A DNA stretch of 64,000 nucleotides from Saprospiraceae bacterium (lineage in GTDB: Bacteria; Bacteroidota; Bacteroidia; Chitinophagales; Saprospiraceae). Positions 57,261-64,000 of the stretch are shown here, in pieces. The notes under the pieces are model-generated. The model was not told the DNA's origin, made no database searches, and saw only the letters and a program-made list of their open reading frames with translations. The stretch is from positions 141,741 to 205,740 of the forward strand of contig JAWKLK010000010.1 in the NCBI GenBank assembly GCA_041392785.1, given 5' to 3'. A program made the position numbers and the translations under genes. Within the stretch, counting starts at the first letter, position 1. Each line of letters starts with the position of its first letter.

Positions 57261-57279
57261 ATAAACTTAGTGTAAAACG

Positions 57280-57321
57280 TTATTATTCAACGACTTATAC
57301 TTATTATTCAACGACTTCTAC
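57280..57321 (-). repeat. 21-nt tandem duplication spanning the stop codon of the alpha-2-macroglobulin-like gene
   Basis: ttattattcaacgacttatac (57280-57300) and ttattattcaacgacttctac (57301-57321); 20 of 21 positions identical. Confidence 0.9.
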
Positions 57322-60300
57322 TTTAACTCCTTCAGAATGACTACTAAATTCTGGTGCATATAAGCATTGCGCTGTGGTGATTCCGCCAGTATAATCACCG
57401 GCATGGCTGACCACCACAGGGTATTCGAACACATACTTCCCTTTACGCAAAGTATCAAAATAAAAATGAGATGCTAAGTCCGTTACTGACTCATAATAGT
57501 ATAACCCATCTTGATGCCTATGACCACTTAGTACAGAAATTGGTTCAAAACCTGAAGGTCTTAAATCTTTTAAGTGTACAAAATCCAAATCTCTATCGGT
57601 CTCTAAAATGATCCGCACTTTCACCTTATCTCCTATTTTCAGCACATCATTTGAAGTGATTTCTGTCAATGCATCAGAAGCTTCCTTAGTATTAATTTTG
57701 TAATACTTTTTGGATATTTTGAAAGGAGTGCCAGAAAACTTATCTACTTTTTCTAAAACCTCAAAATACTGATAATAAGCGGCACCCCAAGCTATAGAAT
57801 TATTTGGGTTCTGCACCGTAATCTTTGCCATGTCTTGCTTCAGTTCATCACCTTTAAAAGATGTTTTTACATAACCTGTTCCAGCTTCTACTTGTGATAT
57901 TTTTGTATTCAAATCGATGTTACCAACCGTTACTATTGTCGGTTTGACTTCAGAAATATTTGACGTGATTCCGTTTTGTTCTCCTTGTATGAGTAATGCA
58001 TAGATAGCTGATACGGTGGATTTTGACGTGTGCCAGATATTAGTTTGTTTATTTTTTAATAACCAGATTTTCATCTTATCAATCTCACGCAAATTACTCT
58101 GAGTGACTATGAACAATTCCATGATTCTTGCGTGACGCTCAATGGGTAATTGTGACCAATTAAAACCATTGCCCTCATTCCAATAAGTACCCAACTCAGG
58201 ATTAGAAACTGCTTTTTCCGTAAGTGAAGCCACAATTTTCTTCCAAGTCTGATCACTATTTCTAAACAAAGCCAGCCCTAAATTTGCTTGTGTAAACAGG
58301 TTTCTTGTATTCCAATACTTTGAAGCTTGTCCCATATAGTAATTGAAAACATGCCTATGGTTTTCACTGACAAATGTTTTTGAAAACAAAGATCTGACAT
58401 AGATATAAAATGCTGACACATCATCTAAATGATCGTCATCCAATTTTCCTCCATGTTTTTTCAAACTTTCGACTAATTTATTGTATTTGATCAACATCTC
58501 TTGATCTACAAAGTCTAAGGCTAAATCCTGGATAGATTCTATATCTTCGACACCAGATATGTCAATACCCATAGATTTAAGTTGAGCCAAGTTTTCTAAT
58601 ACATACAAAGATGTGTATAGATCATCTCTACCACCCATAATCCAAGGAAAACCACCATTAGAATGTTGTGAATTTTTCAAATGTGTTAGAATACTTTTTT
58701 TCTCATTTGCAAGATTATTCAAATCAAAAAGTACGCTAATATTCTGTTTTTGTTCAGATTCAGACATCGCTTCCTGTACCCAAGGTGTTTCTTTCAGAAT
58801 TGCTTGCTTCAATTCTTCATTCTTTGATAAATTGCTTAATAATGCATCTTTACCTTCCCTTCTCCATGTGTCAAATACTTTTTTGATACGTGGATGTGAA
58901 TGGACAATATGGGATGCTACAGAATTTGTAAAAAACCTATTCATCAATGAAATGGTAGTATTTGACTCATTGCTAAGATAAGGCATAGCTTGAATGGCGT
59001 ACCAAACAGGATGAGATGTAAATTCAACGGTATATCTAAAATCTTTTTTTGATGTACTAACATTATTTGTAAATGCAGAGAAATCAAAAGTTCTCGTTTC
59101 GTTACCATTCACCCAAATTGGCATTGTCTCAGTCACTAAAATTCGGTTTGTAAATACTTGTAACGTGCCCTCTTCAATATCCAAATGCGAGCCAAAATCT
59201 GCAGATATTCGGTATGTCAAAGCAGAATATTTAGCTTCAGGAATTTGCAAAGCCCATGTATCAGTCTTCGATGCTGATGGATAAATTGTTGTATTTTTGA
59301 CAGCTGCATCTTTCAAGATTTCATCTGTGACTTCAACCATTGACAAAGCATCAAAAAACTGTAGAGAGACAGTACCGACCTGTTTTTCACTTGTCAAGTT
59401 ATTTACTTTGGCTTTCACATGGATGAGATCTGAATCCCTAAAAAACCTTGGAAAGTTGGGAAATACCATTATGTTTTTTTGGGTCTTCACTAATGCCTCT
59501 TTATATCCGATTTTCAAATCTGGTGTGTGTGCCAAGACCATAAGTTTCCACATAGTTAAAGCATCATTCATTTTGAAAGCAAATTCTATATTTCCATCTT
59601 TATCAGTAAGTAATTGAGGAAAAAAGAAGACAGTTTCATTAAGATTAGTTCGGATAGTTGGATGGATAGATGATGATTTTGTTGACATGTCCGGATCAAT
59701 TGAAGCATCATTAGATTCCGATTCAGAAAATGCTGTAGAAGAGGCCTTAGCTGGCGCCCCTTTTCTCATTCGTGGCTCTGGTGCCCCCATGGCTTGTACT
59801 GCCATATCTCTTGATTGAAAATACGAATCTTGATAATAAGGATACAATGCGATCAAGGTGGGATAATGAATGTGGATCGGTTCTAATATTTCACTAGTCT
59901 GATTGTAATTTGATGAATAAGCATTAGTAGTAGAAAAACCAGCCGTGATTATGCTAAGGTACGAGGATGATTTCGGATAAAAGTCATAATTCCAACTGTG
60001 TTTTTTGAATTCATCTAAGGAAGCATCATACATGGAAGCAAGGACTTCAACTAAAAAAGCATCTTTTTCCTCACCTTTGATTCTAAGCTTATAGACTTCA
60101 TTCTCTCCAGGCAAAGTTCTATCCCTTAAAGAAACAAATTCTATATTCAATGATTTGTTTATCCAAGGTATAGAGATATTTTGACTTTGGCTAAAATGTC
60201 TATTATGATATATATAGTCAATTTGCACATTTATGTCACCACGGTATGAATCGAGGATTGGCAGGGTTATTTCCTTAACCTTGTCCACTTTTTCTAACCC

Positions 60301-63252
60301 ATAATAAAGAATATTCCTATCTTTTGAGATCAATACTTGGACATATTGTTCTAATCCAGTTGCATTCCCAAGTGTCAATTTTAGCTTTTCACCAGGTGCT
60401 AAAATACTTTTTTGGATTACTAGATGTATGGGTTCCGTTTTAGGGAATTTTTTTCGTTTAACATCAGTAATTACAATGTACTGAACGGCCTGTATTTCAT
60501 TATCATTTGAGTCCATTACCTCTACTTTGTATACACCAAGATCCCAATTATTTGGAATAGAAATCTTTGATGGCGTCATCACCTGTGATTCATACATCTG
60601 CTTTTCAGTGGGCCATTTTTCATATGGGCTTTGTGTAGCATCACTTGTGTTGTGTATTCGATAGTCAAACGGACGGTTTTGGTTTTCATACGATGGAAGT
60701 GAGATGTCTTTAGGTTCCATGAGTTTTAAAATCCGAACACGAACAGGTATCTTCATGTTAGATCCATTTGCATTATTTGCCTCAATAGTTGCATCCTTTA
60801 ATGCGCCTTTGTCCATGTGCGTTGCCACGTCTATATGTAAAAAATAGGGCTTAAATGCTGCTTGTACATTGACTTCTCCATTTTGTGTTTCTCCCCTGCT
60901 ATCTGTCACTGATGCTGTAACGGAGTAATTAAAACTCGCCGTTTTATTAGCCCTTGTTCGTTCATCTGGATCAGCAATGAAAGATATGTCAAACTTTCCA
61001 TCCGAGTCAGTCTTCATTGTTCCAGTGGCAAGACGTACCGCAGTTTCCATAGGCATTCGCCTAGAATAATACCAAGGAAAACGCATTTTACGGTGGATGA
61101 CATATTCAACATCTGCATTGTCCACAGGTGTTCCTGCAAATGTCATAACAGTTCCAGTCACTTTGATGGATTGCCCTATGGTATAGGCATCATTTATGGA
61201 ATCAAAGACGATGTTATAGGTGGGTCTTTTATATTCCTCCACAGATATAGAAGTTTGCCCATACATGCCATGCGCTTCAGTCACAATTGTAAAAGCGCCA
61301 TTCAGGAGACCAGAAGGTAAAACAAAATGTCCTGAAATGGATCCGTACTCATTTGATTTAAGTTGATGTGAAGCTACATTTTGGTAGTTGGCATCTTTCA
61401 ATGTGACGGTCACGTTCCTATTTTTAATGATGGTTGGGATTTGATCTTTATCACTATTTAAAACCAATCCTTTAAAATAAACAGTCTGCCCAGGCCTATA
61501 CAACGATCTGTCAGTATAAAACTCTACAAATTGATGAGAAGATGGGCTATCAGGAATGAAATAGTCTAGATATGTACTAAGGTCCAGAGTATCCTTATCT
61601 TTAATCAAGGTCACCATGTAGGTTTTTTCTCTCTCAGAAGAAACAGCCTTCCCATTCTTATCTGATTTCAAAGTTGCGTGCAACTTTCTATTATGCGTAC
61701 GCATTCTACTATTATAGACCTGCTCATATAATTGAATAGAAACATCGGCTACTGGGCTGCCTTTCCATCTATCTAGCACTTGGATTACCCTATCTTTCTT
61801 TATCATAGAAGAAATAAATGACAAGTCAGAAACATGAGTAATCAAGTAGGACTTTACAACTTGATGTGTATCCGCACTTTTACCCACTAACACTACAGCA
61901 TAAACCCCATAACCAGGATTCGGAATAACTATAGATTTTTTTGTGGTATTGTAATCACGTGTTGGTTCTAGTTTGAAGTCTAACTTTGCATTTGATTCTT
62001 TTGCTAAAAAAAGTTCAACAATATTCTCGTTGTATCTACCTCGAAATTGTTCAATTTCTTCAGTATTTGTCTTTATCACATGCACGGTCAAACCATCTAA
62101 ATTTTTGTAATTCAACTGAATTGCTAATGGTTCTTTACTATGAAACACTTGTAAAGCTTCTGCATCACAAGTAGCGGAGATAATAGAGTTTTTAAGTTGT
62201 AGACACTTATATGCCCCAGAAGATGTAGGATAAGCTTGAATACCTTTATCACAAAGAAGCAAGGCATTAATATGATTCAAGCTATCAAATGAATTTCCTT
62301 CCACTTTTGAAGCTATCTCGTAGATTATTTCAGCATAAAACGGAATATTTTTATGTCTCTCAGCCAAAATTTCCAATGCTTGTATATAATTTTTAGAATC
62401 ATGATTTGAAATGCTGTTTTCATCCACAAATCGCATTCGTTTTAGGTCATAATCTGCCAAAGCTTCCTGGTTATCCTTAAATAGTTCGTATTTAAGCACT
62501 TGCTGATACAGTTTTAAAACACCATAAGATGTTGTTTTCTTATCTTGATCATCCCATTTGATATTGACAAATTCCTCAACTTTGGAAAATGCGCTATTAT
62601 TTTTTATAACATTATTCTTACTTGTAGCTCTTATTTGATACTGATTAGAATTGAAGTAATTAAAAACCCTGTCTGCGAGAACTTCATACAGAGAAGGTCT
62701 TACGGCGATATCCAATTTTTCTGTACTCTCTAATATTACTGCATATTCCATTATCCCAATATCTAGGGATTCATCATGCTGCAATGATTCCAAATACAGT
62801 TCATGGATAACATCTGCAAAGTTTTCTTTTGACCAAAGTTTAAAATCCTCATTTCTTTCGCCCTCCACGAAGGTTCTTTGAGAAATTTGATATCTGTTAT
62901 TATTGAAATAACCTTCGTACAATTGTGCCAAATAGGAAGAAAATACCTGTTGAAGAGGTGATGGAGCGTGTTTTTTCTCATTTTGTAGAAACAAAATAGA
63001 ATTTGCCACACCATCTTCTTCTGTCTGAATACTGAGGCGAGTATAAAATATCACCGCTTTGGCCCACTGAGGATGTACCTTTGCTTGCTTTGCTGTCTCC
63101 AAAATAAAACTAACGTGCTTTAATGCGGATTTTGGAAGTCCTTGCTCCATTAAGGAATCCACTTGATTCCATGCGGAATTATAATCAAAATCCTGTTTTT
63201 CGATTTGATGCATTGAAAAAAATAGTGAAAGAATTGAAAATAAATATTGCAT
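57304..63252 (-). CDS. Alpha-2-macroglobulin family protein (1982 aa), apparently thioester-less
   Basis: Size and layout fit bacterial A2M/MG-domain proteins (repeated beta-sandwich MG-like segments, alpha-helical TED-like region near GGFPWIMGGRDDLYTSLYVLENL). The position where CxEQ is expected reads PYLSNESN (about 58963-58986). Confidence 0.75.
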   Translation of the reverse strand: MQYLFSILSLFFSMHQIEKQDFDYNSAWNQVDSLMEQGLPKSALKHVSFILETAKQAKVHPQWAKAVIFYTRLSIQTEEDGVANSILFLQNEKKHAPSPLQQVFSSYLAQLYEGYFNNNRYQISQRTFVEGERNEDFKLWSKENFADVIHELYLESLQHDESLDIGIMEYAVILESTEKLDIAVRPSLYEVLADRVFNYFNSNQYQIRATSKNNVIKNNSAFSKVEEFVNIKWDDQDKKTTSYGVLKLYQQVLKYELFKDNQEALADYDLKRMRFVDENSISNHDSKNYIQALEILAERHKNIPFYAEIIYEIASKVEGNSFDSLNHINALLLCDKGIQAYPTSSGAYKCLQLKNSIISATCDAEALQVFHSKEPLAIQLNYKNLDGLTVHVIKTNTEEIEQFRGRYNENIVELFLAKESNAKLDFKLEPTRDYNTTKKSIVIPNPGYGVYAVVLVGKSADTHQVVKSYLITHVSDLSFISSMIKKDRVIQVLDRWKGSPVADVSIQLYEQVYNSRMRTHNRKLHATLKSDKNGKAVSSEREKTYMVTLIKDKDTLDLSTYLDYFIPDSPSSHQFVEFYTDRSLYRPGQTVYFKGLVLNSDKDQIPTIIKNRNVTVTLKDANYQNVASHQLKSNEYGSISGHFVLPSGLLNGAFTIVTEAHGMYGQTSISVEEYKRPTYNIVFDSINDAYTIGQSIKVTGTVMTFAGTPVDNADVEYVIHRKMRFPWYYSRRMPMETAVRLATGTMKTDSDGKFDISFIADPDERTRANKTASFNYSVTASVTDSRGETQNGEVNVQAAFKPYFLHIDVATHMDKGALKDATIEANNANGSNMKIPVRVRILKLMEPKDISLPSYENQNRPFDYRIHNTSDATQSPYEKWPTEKQMYESQVMTPSKISIPNNWDLGVYKVEVMDSNDNEIQAVQYIVITDVKRKKFPKTEPIHLVIQKSILAPGEKLKLTLGNATGLEQYVQVLISKDRNILYYGLEKVDKVKEITLPILDSYRGDINVQIDYIYHNRHFSQSQNISIPWINKSLNIEFVSLRDRTLPGENEVYKLRIKGEEKDAFLVEVLASMYDASLDEFKKHSWNYDFYPKSSSYLSIITAGFSTTNAYSSNYNQTSEILEPIHIHYPTLIALYPYYQDSYFQSRDMAVQAMGAPEPRMRKGAPAKASSTAFSESESNDASIDPDMSTKSSSIHPTIRTNLNETVFFFPQLLTDKDGNIEFAFKMNDALTMWKLMVLAHTPDLKIGYKEALVKTQKNIMVFPNFPRFFRDSDLIHVKAKVNNLTSEKQVGTVSLQFFDALSMVEVTDEILKDAAVKNTTIYPSASKTDTWALQIPEAKYSALTYRISADFGSHLDIEEGTLQVFTNRILVTETMPIWVNGNETRTFDFSAFTNNVSTSKKDFRYTVEFTSHPVWYAIQAMPYLSNESNTTISLMNRFFTNSVASHIVHSHPRIKKVFDTWRREGKDALLSNLSKNEELKQAILKETPWVQEAMSESEQKQNISVLFDLNNLANEKKSILTHLKNSQHSNGGFPWIMGGRDDLYTSLYVLENLAQLKSMGIDISGVEDIESIQDLALDFVDQEMLIKYNKLVESLKKHGGKLDDDHLDDVSAFYIYVRSLFSKTFVSENHRHVFNYYMGQASKYWNTRNLFTQANLGLALFRNSDQTWKKIVASLTEKAVSNPELGTYWNEGNGFNWSQLPIERHARIMELFIVTQSNLREIDKMKIWLLKNKQTNIWHTSKSTVSAIYALLIQGEQNGITSNISEVKPTIVTVGNIDLNTKISQVEAGTGYVKTSFKGDELKQDMAKITVQNPNNSIAWGAAYYQYFEVLEKVDKFSGTPFKISKKYYKINTKEASDALTEITSNDVLKIGDKVKVRIILETDRDLDFVHLKDLRPSGFEPISVLSGHRHQDGLYYYESVTDLASHFYFDTLRKGKYVFEYPVVVSHAGDYTGGITTAQCLYAPEFSSHSEGVKVEVVE

Positions 63253-63397
63253 TTTTATACGCTTTAAAGAGAAATCTAATGAATACCAACTGTAGGATGT
63301 TGTATGATCAAAAAGAACGCATAATTAATTGTTAAAATTCTAAAAAATCCCAAAATTTACTTGAGTAAATATTTGGCTGATGGTAATAAAATGAAAA

Positions 63398-64000
63398 TCA
63401 GAATATTTTAGCAGCTATCTGCATAGATTCCCCAAAATTAACCATATTGATTTTGTTGTGTATATGGTTCTTTTCTAGGTAGGAAAGTAAGTTTTCTGTA
63501 GCCATATTGCCTGTAAGGTCATCTTTTGCCATAGGACATCCTCCATACCCATGTATTGCAACATCAAATCTTCTGCAGCCATTTTTCCAAGCAGCTTCTA
63601 TTTTTGGTTCCCAATTATGAGGTTGTGTGTGAAGATGTGCGCCAAACTCCACATCTGGGTAGGGCGGTATCAATTGTCCGAATAAATATGCAATACTTTG
63701 AGGGGTAGCTACACCTATGGTATCAGATAAGGCTATAATTTTAATGTCCATGTCAGCTAGTCTATCAACCCACTTTTGACAAATTTCTACATTCCATGTA
63801 TCACCATATGGATTTCCAAAACCCATAGATATATAAATGACGAGTTGCTTATTATTTGACTTGCATAAATTTTGTATGACTTCTACTCTTTGGATAGATT
63901 CTTCAATTGTAGCATTGGTGTTCCTCATCTGAAATGTTTCAGAAATAGAAAATGGATATCCTAGATATGAAATTTCATCAAATTGAATGGCATCCTCCGC
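63398..64000 (-). CDS. Hydroxymethylglutaryl-CoA lyase-like (HMGL family) protein, 5-prime partial at the window edge
   Basis: GAHLHTQPHNW...DVAIHGYGGCPMAKDDLTGNMATENL matches the HMGL C-terminal pattern. The frame stays open upstream of the track start (…AIQFDEISYLGYPFSISETFQMRNT) to position 64000. Confidence 0.8.
   Translation of the reverse strand, partial: AEDAIQFDEISYLGYPFSISETFQMRNTNATIEESIQRVEVIQNLCKSNNKQLVIYISMGFGNPYGDTWNVEICQKWVDRLADMDIKIIALSDTIGVATPQSIAYLFGQLIPPYPDVEFGAHLHTQPHNWEPKIEAAWKNGCRRFDVAIHGYGGCPMAKDDLTGNMATENLLSYLEKNHIHNKINMVNFGESMQIAAKIF

Noticed and set aside
1-64000. Mobile element, genomic island, CRISPR or classical defence-system content
   Set aside because: I saw no transposase, integrase, recombinase, Cas, restriction-modification, toxin-antitoxin or phage-like genes. 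I also saw no tRNA and no spacer-repeat array. The only long exact repeat is internal to one gene. The Pif1-like helicase is a typical stand-alone Bacteroidota housekeeping-type gene.

Overview
This is an AT-rich Bacteroidota chromosomal segment. My spot counts on single 60-nt lines give roughly 32-35% G+C in most places. About 40% of the window is three very large type IX secretion system (T9SS) cargo genes.

(i) 13-12567 (+): a reprolysin-like zinc metalloprotease head joined to a giant adhesin-like body. The body has a lamin-tail domain, two copies of an unknown ~170-aa domain, Ig/HYR-like modules, a C-type lectin domain with EPN/WND motifs, dockerin-like and cohesin-like segments, and a type A T9SS C-terminal domain. 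Two single-base frame breaks split it into three ORFs. One break lies inside a ~480-nt near-perfect direct repeat.

(ii) 20959-25296 (-): an intact paralogous reprolysin-like T9SS protease, directly downstream of an ECF sigma / anti-sigma-like / 3x DUF4252-like cluster.

(iii) 44738-53947 (+): a 3069-aa modular protein with a type B (gliding-motility-associated) C-terminal domain, followed by an outer-membrane beta-barrel gene and a GT4 glycosyltransferase.

The rest is mostly housekeeping: glutamine synthetase III, rho, rpmH, serS, frr, pabB/pabC-like, a ribB-type gene, LolA-like, Pif1-like helicase, SUI1/YciH-like, a giant alpha-2-macroglobulin-like protein, and a partial HMG-CoA-lyase-like gene. 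There is also a BlaI/BlaR1-like pair and a GNAT-racemase-bestrophin-DUF2200 cluster.

I recognised no rRNA, tRNA, CRISPR array, transposase or integrase. The four single-base frame breaks (two in gene i, one in the BlaR1-like gene, one in a lipoprotein gene) all sit at short mononucleotide runs and may be assembly errors. I do not see a clear-cut new multi-gene system such as a defence island. The most unusual material is the architecture of the giant cargo genes and their immediate neighbours.

All domain calls come from reading motifs by eye, not from HMM or database searches.
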